Shown piece after piece: positions 25,444-37,379 of a stretch of 64,000 nucleotides of DNA. The DNA comes from Gnetum montanum. Taxonomy: Eukaryota; Plantae; Gnetophyta. Position 1 is the stretch's first letter. Each line of letters opens with the position of its first letter. The notes under the pieces are model-generated. The model saw only the letters and a program-made list of their open reading frames with translations. It was not told where the DNA came from and made no database searches. Where the stretch lies: the NCBI GenBank assembly GCA_015680685.1, contig MNCI01001451.1, forward strand, positions 180,864-244,863, written 5' to 3'. Both the position numbers and the translations under genes were made by a program.

Positions 25444-27129
25444 TATTAGACTTGGAAAATTTTGTTGCTAGAATGGAAACCAAAATATCCTTGGTGTCAA
25501 AAGAGTTTTAGCCTCAAATCCCAAGGGCCTTCAAAAAATGGGATTCAAGGTACCTTGGACAATCTGGCCAATCACCTAGGGACTTCTAGAAGTGTAAAAA
25601 AAATGTAAATAGAAACATAAATAATAGTATAAATGGAAATAGAATCGTAGATTTGAAATGAAAATAGACATAGAAATAAAAACTTGAAATTAAATATACA
25701 CAACAATGAACTATAACTTTAATGGAATTGAAAATGCATAAAGTACAAGGTTCATAAAGTATAGATTTGTGTGCTAAGTGCACAAGAATTTACTTAGAAG
25801 GAGCTTCAAGTTTGTTGGAGCTTGTATTCTGCACTTAAAACCCCATGATTTGGATGCTTCCCAAACCCCGTTTCTAGGAACTCCTTGCTAGTTCTCACTA
25901 GAATCTGCAACTATTTCCACAAATGGTATTCCACCTTTGGTGTAATGGTATCATGTTCAAAGTATCCCCAATTTGCTCACAAAGGTGTTTTAGAATCACA
26001 AAGGCTCTTGGTTGTAAAAATGCTAAAAGTGCTTTTTAGGTTGTGTAAAATGCTTCAAGGTTCAAAACCCTAATAAGATGTTTATGTTGGACTTTTATAG
26101 ATAATGAAATTACTTATTTTGGCTATGTGCATCACTATCATGATTATTAACAAATTGATGTCTATTTTTAGGTATCATGGTTACAATTTTTAGTGTGGAT
26201 GGACATTTATAATAAGTTTGGAATACACTATAGCCACCAAAGCCCATCTAGATACTATAAATAGTAGAAAAAATTTTGTGACTACTCTGACACCATTCCA
26301 ACTATGTTGACCTTGGTGGATAACTTTGACACCATCCCAACTATGCTAACGTTGGTGGACTACACTGAAGTTGCTAGAAATTACTTGTGAACCTGATGTC
26401 TACTTTAGCCATGTTGCAACTACTAGAGACTTGGGATCACTACACTGGTCACTATTAGGAAAATGAAAAATGGAAAATCCCAATAATTGCAATGCTAGAT
26501 AAATGCCTCTATGGTGGGTTTTGTTGGTGACTACACTAGGTTTTGGTTGGAAATGAAAACCCAACACCATCTACACTAGGGATAGATGGTTCTAGTGTAG
26601 TTGAGGCTATAGCCCTACAAAACCCCATTAAAATGTCAATTTTGACAATTCCCAAAGCATTTTCAGCCTTTGCAAGCCCAAATATAGACATGAGTGACTT
26701 TTTCCACTTGGGAAGTGAGGAAATAGTAACTTATGAGGCATTTTTTAGCCCCAAAAAGTCAAAGTATGCAAGATTTCAGCTCATAGACTACAAATCTCAA
26801 ATTATGTTAAAATCTTGCCTCAAGCTAGAAAATGAAAGTTACAATTTAAAACATGAATTTTCTTGGTGGTGTTTCATTGGATCCTCTTTTTTGATGTTTG
26901 GAGGATTGACCTAAGAGACATCAAGAAAGAATAGAAAGCACCACTACAAGTTCATCACCAATGTTCCCTCACCATGCTTGATTCAATAGTGTCGAGCCAT
27001 GCCAAAGAGTTCTTGTAACAGTGATGGGGTAAGGTTCTGGTAAGGGCTATCATTGGCTATAGGGAAATAGTCTCAGGGTTAATAATGAGTTCCAAATGTT
27101 GACATCATAGCTATGATATGGCACTAACA
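25444..27129 (-). repeat. 3' LTR of the Tat/Ogre-like element (right boundary tentative)
   Basis: The first ~520 bp match 35930-36395. A candidate terminus ...ggcactaaca lies at 27129. Contains ACTAC(A/G)(C/T)T half-motifs at 26280-26600. Confidence 0.55.
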
Positions 27130-28949
27130 TTTTGATCATCTAATAAGTCGTTGCACTTCATGTTTAGAAGTTTTGGCTACTTGGAAATGCGTTTTAGGAA
27201 CCAACACCTCACTCCAAGGTTTCTTTGGCCATCAGGTTCTTCCCTTTGCATGTTTGCAGTCATTGATTTATCTTTTGATCTTTATTGGTCTCTCAGATTC
27301 TTGGTAATTTTCTTCCCTATTTTTTTGGGTGAATCCTTCATTGGATTTCATTACCAAGGTTGGATTTGATTTCATTTTCCCATTGAATGAGATGTATTAC
27401 ATTCAATGGACTTGTTGGTAGAGCATGACAAAGGAGATATCAGGTGGCCATAATGCTTAAGTATTAAATATAGGTTACCACTATTTTTTAGGGTAAGGAA
27501 GATCATAATCAACCTATGGGATTGGACTCAAGAAAATGTAATGTGAGTTAAGTGGAGTAAGCACATTTGGCACAGTAGGATACTCACCAAATCTTACACA
27601 TCAACTTGTTGTAATGTGTTGCACTTCTGCGATGACATCTCAAGCTTCATCCTACAAGCATAATTCCAAGAGGACAAGAAGACCAAATAAATAAAACATG
27701 TTATTACAATATGATGCATAAGTTCACACTAGAAAAATGAAAAACTAGGTCAAAATGGATTACCATTGTCACATCATAGAGGGACTTGTGCAATGTACAC
27801 TAGATTTACAAAGTTTTATAGTTCATTCATTGTTCCAAACAAGGAGAAAGAGAGACAGAGAGATCATACAGGCTCATTTATTATAGACCATTAGAGTCAT
27901 CAACATTGGTTTTCCATTGTAACTTGTTGATAATGATAACAACACTATAAGCAAACATGTGAGCGTTCAATGTAATCAAGGCTATGTAATGAATTTAATG
28001 CTGCATTGCAAGGGTTTGATGTTATCTTAAGTAGGGTTAAGTTCTATTGAGGAACTTGATCCTATGTATTTTCAACTCATCATTATGAACTTAGATGAAA
28101 ACTTTGACTAATGGATCCTCCATGATGTTTTTGGCTTCAAGATATAATGATCATCAAACTACTTCAAGGTGTTACAACTATATAGAAGAATGACTTCAAG
28201 CTTAACATTTAGGTACATAAGGTCAATTTGGTCTAATAATGAGAGGGGTTTATTTAGGCTTTAATGCTAGTTGAGTTTGCTTTCATCTTCCTATCTTAAT
28301 CTTACATGATAACATAAGTATATCAAGTGGCACTTGTGTAATAAAATTATTAAAAAAATGTCAAAACAATGCAAGATACTCTAATAATAATGTAAAAGTG
28401 GATCAAAATAAATTAAATTATTTACAAAATAGGTTAAAACATGGTTAACAAAGGTGATTAGGGGTAGTATAAGATCAAATATTGTCAACTATGGTTACAC
28501 TTTTGCAAGTTTTAGGCCTTGGCAGGCCATGTTGTCAATTTAAGGCCTTAACAAGCCATTGTTACATGGTGTCAAATGATGGTCAAAATGGTCAAACCCC
28601 ATTTCCTACCACTAATAAAAAGCTAACAAAGGCCATCAAAGGCCATAATAGAGAGATCAAGGTAAATATAATGAAACTAAGGCTATGTAGAAACTGAATG
28701 AGATTAATTGATGGTAATAAAGGTCAACAATGGATGACAAGGTCAAAACAAGTCAAAAAACCATGAAACAAGTCAAATGAGTCAAATTTGAATACATGTG
28801 ATAAAACTTAGTTAATATTTGTCAAAAAGGATTAGATTTTTCCAATTTTAGGCCTTAGAAAACCATGGTATAAGGCTACATGGCTGCTAGGGAAGTCTGG
28901 CCACCCAAGGAGGTTATTTTAGGGCTATCTCAAGGCAAAATTAACAATT

Positions 28950-30930
28950 TTTCTTATGACTATGTTGGGCTCTACTAGTGACTACATTGGCCCAATGTAG
29001 TCATGTAATCCTCAACATAGTTAGAATTGATGGGAATTTTCCTAGGTTTAGTATGATCAATTTCAAACTTTTGATGGTCCATACAACTAGCACAGGGGGC
29101 TGGGATTGAAGATTAATACATTTTGGCTCTATTTTCACCTCCCATAAGTTAAAAATCATGTTCCTACCAGTGACTATGTTGGGCCAGCATAGTCAAGGTA
29201 GGCCTCAATGTAGTCATATGGAATAAGTAAATCACTAGGTTTTTAGGGTTGGAACTAGGGCTTTGCTAGTTTCCTAGGATAGCATAGGCTCTTAGAAGGA
29301 CTGAATTGACTATTAAGATGTCAAATTTGGACAAAAAGGTGGGTTTTATGATATTTTCCATCAAACTACACTAGGCCAATGTAGTCATGCATGGCCTTAA
29401 CATAGTTGAGTGGAATTTGGTGTTTCCATGGCTAAAACAGTGTGAAATTGCAATTGGATGAAGTTAAACAAGTTCTAGACTTTCCAAGTCAAGTTTTAGG
29501 TCATTTAGAGCAGTGTGATGTTCATCAACCTTACTAGAAAACATGTCTATAGTGTGACTACATTGGGCCAAAGTAGTCATAGGCTTCCCTAGCGTAATCA
29601 TCCATAAATTTTTATTTCAAGTGAGTTTCCGTTCCTAATCAACCATGCTAATGGACTTCCAAGGTCGTTGGTGCAACATCTAGGGTTTTAGCATCAAAAT
29701 TATCAATTCTAGTGGTTTCTTATGTCTTAGGAAGACCATATACCTCTTGACTACCTTGACCTACTGTAGGCATGTAGTTGTCAATTTAGTTGAGAGGTTT
29801 GTGATAAAAAATGATAATTTTTGGCTTGAATCCTAGGGTTTTGTGATCTTAGTAGACTCTGACAAGGTTCTAGGTCCTTCCTAAAATCAATTTGAGTAGT
29901 TTTGATCCATTTTGATGTTTTCCATGTGGATTACACTAGGCTCTACTAATGACTATGTTGTTCCAACATAGGCATGCAATTTCTAGCATAGTTGACAAGT
30001 TTAGAATGCAAAGTAGTGAGTTTTATAGTTAAAACAAGATCCAGTAGGATTTTAGGGTTTTCCAAAATTTAGTTTTCATTATTTATGGACTGTTTTAGAC
30101 TCCTACATGTGGACTACATTGGGCTTCACTAGTGATCATGTTAGCCTAGCATAGACATGCAATTCCCAATGTAGTTGGGATTGGAAAATGTGTTTTAGAA
30201 TGAAAAGTGATGATTTTTTGCCTTGAATCATAGTTCGATAGAGTTATAAGGTTTTTGGAAAGTCAATTTGATTTAAAAATGAATTTTTTGAGATTTTTCA
30301 TGTAGACTACACTGGCCAAGTGTAGAAATGTAATTCCCAATGTAGTTAGGCTTGGGATATCCATTTTGATGGATTTTTTCTTCATTGATCGATAATCTAG
30401 GATCACTGAGAGTGCTAGGAAGGTATGAAAGTTGTGGAATTCTATTTTGAAATTTTATTATTGTTTCTATGGTCCATCCCACTTGGAAACCATGTGACTA
30501 CATTGGGCCAACATAGTAACAAGCCCCCTTTAGTTTAGTCATAGGTTTTGGCTGAATTTTGGCATCGTTTAGTGGATTTCATGTAGTTTTAGAGTTGTTA
30601 GGAGCTCTAGCTAGGGTTTGAAAACATGACATGGGTGTTTGATGTCAATTGGAAGATTAGTGAGTGGGAAAAGTCTTACTTCATTCTTGACCATGTTGGA
30701 CCAACATAGTCATGCTCCTAGCTAGCATATTCAACCCCAAGAATTAGTGTGTGACAAGATTTGAAGCTACTCTAGTGCTTGGTGACTACTAATTCTAACT
30801 CTTAGTTACTAATTTTTGTCAAAGGGTTTCATGGATTGGTGTAAAGAATAGATGGGTTGCTTGGAAGTGGTAAAATGCATTATATCCAATTTGACTATGT
30901 TGGGCCTATGTAGTTAGGCTCTAAGCTAGT
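28950..30930. repeat. Degenerate ~192-bp tandem array, each unit with a ~22-bp palindrome (consensus GACTAC[G/A][C/T]TGG(G)CCA[G/A][C/T]GTAGTC)
   Basis: Cores at ~28980, 29172, 29364, 29556, 29749, 29951, 30112/30134, 30305, 30496, 30689 and 30893. Confidence 0.8.
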
Positions 30931-31222
30931 GTGGTCACTTTGAATAATAAGTTTTGACAAGATTTTTAAGGACTTTTGTAGCTCAATTGGCATAGATGTT
31001 GACACTTGGTTTCATAGCTTAAGCATGAAATTTTATAGCATGGATATAGGACTAAGGACTGGATTTTGGAAGTGGATGGGATTTGCATCTATTTTAAGAC
31101 TCTAAAGAGTCCAAACCCTAATGTAGCTAGGCTTGGAATGCTCAAATCCCAATGTAGTCTATTTTTCTTGTCTATTTGTTGAGTGCCTAGTGGAAAGTAA
31201 AATCTTAGTCCTAATATATCAT

Positions 31223-31570
31223 TTTTCATATTTTTAGTTCTAGTTTGTCATTTTCATTTTTTTAGTTGTAAACTATGATTTTCATATTTTCATTTGTAAA
31301 CTATCATTTTGATATTTTTGGTTGTAAACTTTCATTTTCATATTTTCGGTTGTAAACTATCATTTTCATTTTTTGGTTGTAAACTGAGTTATAAATAGAC
31401 TATAGACATTTTCTTGTTTAAGGCCATAGTGGGTTGTATATTTTGTGAGTTTAAGGCCATGGAGGACCATAACATTTGCTAGTTTAAGGGCATGGTAGAC
31501 CGTGGGGTTGCCATTTTTAGGCCTTAGTGGGCCATGTGATGTGCTAGTTTTTGACCATAGTGGGTCATGA
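31223..31570. repeat. Two minisatellites: 28-bp unit (ttttcatattttcggttgtaaactatca) x5-6, then a ~32-bp degenerate unit x~5
   Basis: Repeated gttgtaaact...attttca at 31223-31386 and repeated (a)ggccat(a/g)gtgg at 31420-31570. Confidence 0.75.
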
Positions 31571-31699
31571 TCCATACTTGCCAAGTAAGTATGGGATGCT
31601 CTTGAAAGAGTATATAAGACTAAAACCACCCATGAATCATGATACAATGTTATGAAAGTAAATAGAAGACCATTAACAAAATAAGTGGAAGGTATTTAC

Positions 31700-34600
31700 T
31701 ATGAACTTGTTTTTTAACTTTTGAGAGGTCAAGGAATCATTTTGACACAACTCTAGGTTCACCAACTTCTTGTTAATCATGACAAGTTATATGCATTTTT
31801 TTGGTTGCTTTGTGTTGTAGATTTGATGTTGCTAGCATCATTACTATCTTTATTGTTGGTGGCCCTACTCTGGGTATCAGGAGTTTCCTCCTAAAGCTCC
31901 ACCTCTAAACCTCAATCAAAGTTGACATAGTTAACCAATGGGTTTGACACATTGTCCCCATGGATCACAATTTTTCCTTGCTTATATGGTAAATGGATCT
32001 CTTGGTGTATAGGAGATGAAACATCCTGAAGCTTTATTAACCATGACCTTCCTCGGATCAAGTTGAAACTAGGTATCTCTTTGAATACTAGAAAGTTAGT
32101 GTATGTAGGGAATTGCTCACTAGCCATGAGACCTAAGAAGATGAAACCTCACACCACTACACATGATCCATTAAATGAATTGAGTGCCCAAGTAGTGGTT
32201 TTGTGGATGTCCTTAGTTAGGCCAAGCTTGTCAATGATAGAAAATGGTATCATGTTAGTTATTGCCCCATTATCTATATTAACATGATGGAACTTGTATC
32301 TGCCAACATGTATAGTGATGAGGAGAGGGGAAAATAACACTTCTACATTTCTAGAGTCAACCTTCACCTCACTATCATGAAATTTGAGCATTGGTTGATG
32401 CCTGTTTTCCCTAAGTAAAGCTTAATCAATGATAGAGTGGATTGACTCTTTGTTGGTGGTCATGTCTCTACTCATAGGGATAGAGGTTAACACCTAAGCT
32501 AGTGCATCTCTATGGTTGGGAGAAGCTAACACCAGGTTATACAAGTTTAGTGATGTGTCCTTTTGTTTCAATGACTATTTTTCTTGTTTCATTGTTGCAA
32601 GGAAACTCTTCTCCTTGGCCTATAATGTCTCAACCTTAGTGGTTCAAACCTTCTCCACCATTCCTAGAGTTTGTGGCTTAGGTTTTGATGTACATGTCTT
32701 AGGCCCCTTGTTCATTGATGCAACTGATCTTGTTGTAGATTTTTTCAAAGCCTTTCACTATTAGTTACCTTTAGTGGACTTTGGTATTGGTTTAATGACA
32801 CATTTATTTTATCACTATTGTAATGATGATTTCTTCATAACCTCTAAGTTGTGGACCATTATAAGTGGGCCTTGATCATGGATTTTTAGATGCTTACTAA
32901 TTTAAGAAGAAGTAACCCAGATAACAAATGGTTTTCTAGGCTTTGGAGGATTAGCAACTCATGGTATTGGTTGTGACATTGATGCCACTGAAGGTGGGAT
33001 ACATATAATGAAGGGCTTCTTAGTGGTTGGAGGGGGTGGTACCCATATGACAAATGGCTCTCTAGGATTTATGTTTTGGAATTGTGGTTATACTCTAATG
33101 ACAAATGGTTCCCTAGGAGGATTAGACCATTTGATTTTTGTGAAAGAGACTACCGTGTAGGAGTTTTTGTTAGCACTTGGAGAGTTAAGCTCATTCAATA
33201 TCAACTCTCCACAGTCTATCATCTTCTATAGGTCATCATTTAATGCTAGGAAAAAATTAGTGTCATGACCAATCATTTGATGATAATATGATAATACCTA
33301 TCTTGTCTAAAGTACTTTGGTAGCTATCATTGCATCTCTATTTATGTCACAAAGATGATTATGTGTCTTCTAAGCCTCTTTAGATAGTTTCTTATCTTGT
33401 ATATGGTTGTCTTTAAGTAACCGTTCTATAAGCTTAGAGGTATTCATAGGCAACCTTATGTACTTAGACCTATCCTTTCATCCAAAGTTTGGTCTTTGTT
33501 GATTTGGGACTTAGGAAGTGGATGGTTGTGATAAGTTAAGGGATGTGTTATGTGGCAGTGATCCCTATCTTTTCCCTTATTTTGACTCTTTTATTACTGT
33601 AGCCATGGTTGCATGTTCTTGTTTGGTTTTATCCCTATCCATCCTCATATGTTGAATTTTATAGGCCACATAGGTTGGATCATTACTTGCCTCAACTACC
33701 TCCTCAATGTTTTGGGTTTGTGAGGAGGCTTGGCTTAGTGATCGAGGCTCTAGGTAGTAAAGCTTTGACTTGATAAAGCCATTTACTACTCTCTTGTAGA
33801 TGGCTAAGAGCTGAGTTTCAGCAATAGGCTCCTAAATCTCATTAAGTGTTGAATTTCATATTTGAATCAACTTTTTAACCAGTTCAAGTGACCCCTACTT
33901 CACCTTCATTAGTTGATTCAATGTAGCATCCAGCTTCATGTTGTATCTAAAGCAGTTGATAAATTGGTTAATCAAGTCCTCAAGGAAAGAGATGAAACCT
34001 CTAGATAAGTTTGGTAGTAATCCAAAACCTTATCCTTGAGAGACATGGGAAAACTCCTTCGTATCATATGAGGCCAAGCTTGTAAAAATAGGCACTCAAA
34101 TTGGAAGGTAACTAGATGTGCATTGAGATCCCCTTCACCATTGTAGTTGGTGAAGTTTGGAATATGCAAGCCTATGGGCAAGGTTATTTGAGGCACTGTA
34201 GGGCTTATATGATCATCTTGGTAGAATTCTAGAACCTTGACAATCTAAGTTGTATTGGCCTTGATTGTTGTAGCTCTTCATTAAGGTGTTGGATCATTTG
34301 GAAGGCTTGATCCAAACCTTGAGGCATCAATGTGGGCTGTGGTGCTTGTATTGATGGTTGATGATGGATTTGTAAGGCTTGAGATTATACAATTAATGTT
34401 GGTAGAGTGGGTAGAGGTTGTGTGGCCACCATTGTAGGTAGGTTAAACAAGGAAATAGAAGTTTGACTTGGAACTTGTGGTATGAAAGGGACAAAAGGAG
34501 TATGAGAGGCTTGTGTTTCTTGGGATCCCAATGAGGGTCATGTTGGTATGAAAAAGGGAGATGATGAGGTAGAAATCATTAGAGCTAGATGAATGGAGTA

Positions 34601-35170
34601 AGGTTGTGTGGAAAAAGGTACAAATGAGAATAAGGAGATGGATTGGAACATATATTGTGCTTTGTATGTGGCAATAATGGTTGTAGACTCAAACATGGTA
34701 GAATGGATAGTAGGGGAATTAGGCTGAAAGACTTGTCCCACTAATGGGGTAAGATATGTGGAGTTGGATGCAATTGTTTGAGGAGCCAAATATTAAAAAA
34801 TACTTTCAATAAAGATGTCTAGATCCTATTTGGCCTCAAACTGAGCTAATTCCCTTACTAAACTCATCAATCTCTATAAGTTCTATAAGCATTTGTGCAT
34901 AAAAGTTGGTGAGAAGGATTTGGTCATAAGGCGATGGGATGTGTTCTTACCCATCCTAGTGTATGATTTTAAATTTCTATTTAGCATTATATTTGGAGCA
35001 TGGTATCAAGAGACCAACTTGTATTTTGGTAGAGAGAAAGTTGTAGAACTCCTCATTAGTGATCATGAAATCCAGGTTTTTGCTTCTTTGTGTAAGTGAT
35101 TTTCTTCATTCTATGACCATAGGGTCTTTTAGATCATAAACACAAATTGCATCTTGGTTGGATGTCATTT
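31700..35170 (-). pseudogene. Degenerate Tat/Ogre-type gag-protease
   Basis: LPIGLHIPNFTNYNGEGDLNAHL...FPMSLKDKVLDYY (33972-34196); Y.YHQMIGHDTN...L..MID.GEL knuckle (~33200-33300); VNIDNGAITNMIP protease and FNLIRGRSW..LQDVSSPIHQ (31912-32391). Confidence 0.85.
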
Positions 35171-35929
35171 TTATCAAGTAAAGGTGTAGAATGATTGATC
35201 GGCTAAAGACATTATTAAAAGATGTTTTTTTAACCTCTTACTATTTTTAGTAAAACTTTCAACAAGTTGGATTTCCCAATGGTGTAGTTACCTATAAATG
35301 GAAATAGCTGTTGACATTGCTACTGTAGTGTAAGTAGTGTATACTATGTTGAGTAAGTGGTGTTATGGTTTTGATGTTGGTAATACCAACTATGCTAGCA
35401 TTTCTAGTGATAATGTCTACACTAGAAGATGTGTAGTAGACAACTGTATTTTCTAGTCAACTATGCTAAGGTGGGTGGTGGAAATGGGCTTTTAGTTGGA
35501 AACTCTACCTAGAAAACTTTTGCCAAAATATTTTGTACGTTGATTTGAAGAAATGGAATATGAAATTTTTTAGTTTTCCAAGAACTATTTTGGAGTCCTA
35601 GAGATGTCTATGTTGGCCCTACTGTAGAATTTCATAGTAGATGTAGTTGGGTTTTTGAATGGAACTAGGTTTTCGATTTGGATTTTCAAGGTAAACTACA
35701 TTGGTTCGAAGGAATCCAGCAACTAATATGAAAGTATAATGAAAACCAAACTCACTTACCACAACTATGCTGAGGTATTTGAAAAGGGTTTGGGCAATAA
35801 TGTTGGCTTTGATGGAATGTCTTTATAGGTTTTAAAATTGAAAATATAAAAAATTGGTGTCTAGAAAAAATTTGGAAAAGGGTTTTTGAACTTAGAATTT
35901 TGGTGGAGGCCCTCCTAGTGCCCAAAAAC

Positions 35930-36395
35930 TATTGGACCTAGAAAATATTTTATCCTTGAATCCTAAGAACCTTTGAAAAATGAGATTCAAAGCATCTTGG
36001 ATGGTCTCGCTAATCACCTAGGAACTTATGGAATTGTAAATAGAAATGTAAATGGTGCAAACAAAAATGGAATTGCAAATTTGAAATGAAAACAAACACA
36101 AAAATGAAAACTTGAAATTAAATTTCCACAACAATTAGTTGTAACTTTATTGGAATTGGAAATGCATAAAGTACAAGGTTTAGGAAGTACAAATTTTTGT
36201 GCTAGGTGCAGAAGAAGTTGCTTAGAAGGAGCTTGAAGTCTATTAGAGCTTGTAGTGTACATTTGAAACCCCATGATCTAGATGCTTTCCAACCCCAGTT
36301 TCTAGCAACGCCCTACTAGTTCTCACTAGAATGTACAACTATGGCCACAAATGATATTCCACCTTTGATGTAGTGGTATCACATCAAAAGTCTCT
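35930..36395 (-). repeat. 5' LTR remnant of the Tat/Ogre-like element, cut by the downstream 5S-bearing repeat
   Basis: Colinear with 25444-25970 (e.g. aatcacctagg, ggaattggaaatgcataaagtacaaggtt, gttctcactagaat). Similarity stops at ~36395. Confidence 0.75.
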
Positions 36396-37340
36396 AATGC
36401 CCAATGTAGTCATTGGTACTACCATTTCTAAAAAATTCATAGTAATTTTTGATCATCCATAATGTCTGCTAACATCCCTGGTGCTAGAAAATGTTGCTTC
36501 CCTTAGTGCATCATGGATACCATCAATGTTAGAAAAGCTAGCTTCCTTGGCATGCACGAACACTATCGGCATCAAAAAATTATGCCTTCCCTGACATGTT
36601 ACAAATACCTTTGGTGTTGAAAAAGATGACTTTCCTAGTGTGTTGCAGACATTGCCAATGTTTGGAAAAGTTGCCTCCTCCAACATGCCATGAACACCAT
36701 TGATGCTGGAAAAAGCTACCTCCCCCAACACTTCATGGGCACTATTGATGTAGAGAAAATCTACCTCTTTTTGTAGTTTCAACAACTATAAAATTACCAT
36801 TAGTTGATGAAAATTTTCAAAGCAATTGATGGAAAATTTAAAAATCATCAAATGATAAAAAATTTAAAATTGACATTTAGCTAAAAAAATTTGAAATATT
36901 CGAAGGAAAAAAATTTAAGAATTAATTAAAATTGATGTTTTAAAAAAATTATATTAAGAACTCTATAATTAAATGGAGTGGTACTGAGATGGGTGACCTC
37001 TCAAGAAGTCTCATTTTTTGTGCCCTAAAGTTTTGGACTTCAGAAGTTATAACTTTTAAGTTTGGGAGTCTTTCTCCAATGAAGAAAGATTTGTTTCCTA
37101 CAAATTTCAACTTCTTAGGAAGAATGTTGAAGTTAGATCTGTCCTATGAGCTCCAAAAATTAGTTTTAGTTGTTGCCCAACCTAGTGCCTCAAGACCTTC
37201 AAAATCTCAATTTCTAGCATAACTTGGACATACAATGTCCATTTTTAGCATTTGAAAAGTCATTTCCAACATTTTTCACCCTTTGGAACTCAATGGTGAG
37301 TCAAATTTATCACTTGGATATCCTATAATTTGATGATATC
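36393..37340 (+). mobile_element. LTR-like repeat with ~45-bp tandem units and a 5S-rRNA-derived segment
   Basis: Begins tctaatgccc (cf. TGTAATGCCC). Six to seven ~45-bp units at 36480-36778, 5S-like core at 36957-37013. The same architecture recurs at 57200-57760. Confidence 0.55.
36957..37019 (+). promoter_or_regulatory. 5S rRNA internal-control-region-derived fragment followed by a T6 tract
   Basis: agaactctataattaa...gagtggtactgagatgggtgacctctcaagaagtc vs plant 5S AGAACTCCGCAGTTAAG...GAGTAGTACTAGGATGGGTGACCTCCTGGGAAGTC. The 5' third of 5S is absent. Confidence 0.7.
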
Positions 37341-37379
37341 ATAAATTATTCCTTAAAAAGCCATAATATAGACTAGATA

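Larger units (their letters stand above)
25444..36395 (-). mobile_element. Tat/Ogre-like Gypsy element: gag-PR, long repeat-containing spacer, start of pol, then deletion of RT-RH-IN core
   Basis: Direct repeats 25444-25970 / 35930-36395 (LTRs). PBS-like tgggcactaggaggg (rc) next to 35930. Tat-type gag and PR. 28050-28340 is homologous to the pre-RT segment 61414-61740. Confidence 0.8.

Noticed and set aside
28950-30930. CRISPR-like regularly interspaced palindromic repeats
   Set aside because: Spacers are ~170 bp and loosely homologous to each other, the repeats are degenerate, there are no cas genes, and the context is a eukaryotic retrotransposon. This is a diverged tandem array.
31690-31705. 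Definite splice donor/acceptor for the PR-RT spacer
   Set aside because: A gtaaat-like donor exists, but no intact AG acceptor is shared by both copies (~28340, ~61740). Splicing cannot be asserted from these decayed copies.
36453-36785. 110-aa ORF with internal repeats
   Set aside because: Translation of a ~45-bp minisatellite; no family motif.
36957-37013. Functional 5S rRNA gene
   Set aside because: Only the internal ~60 nt are present, they are mutated and partly deleted, and there is no tandem 5S array.
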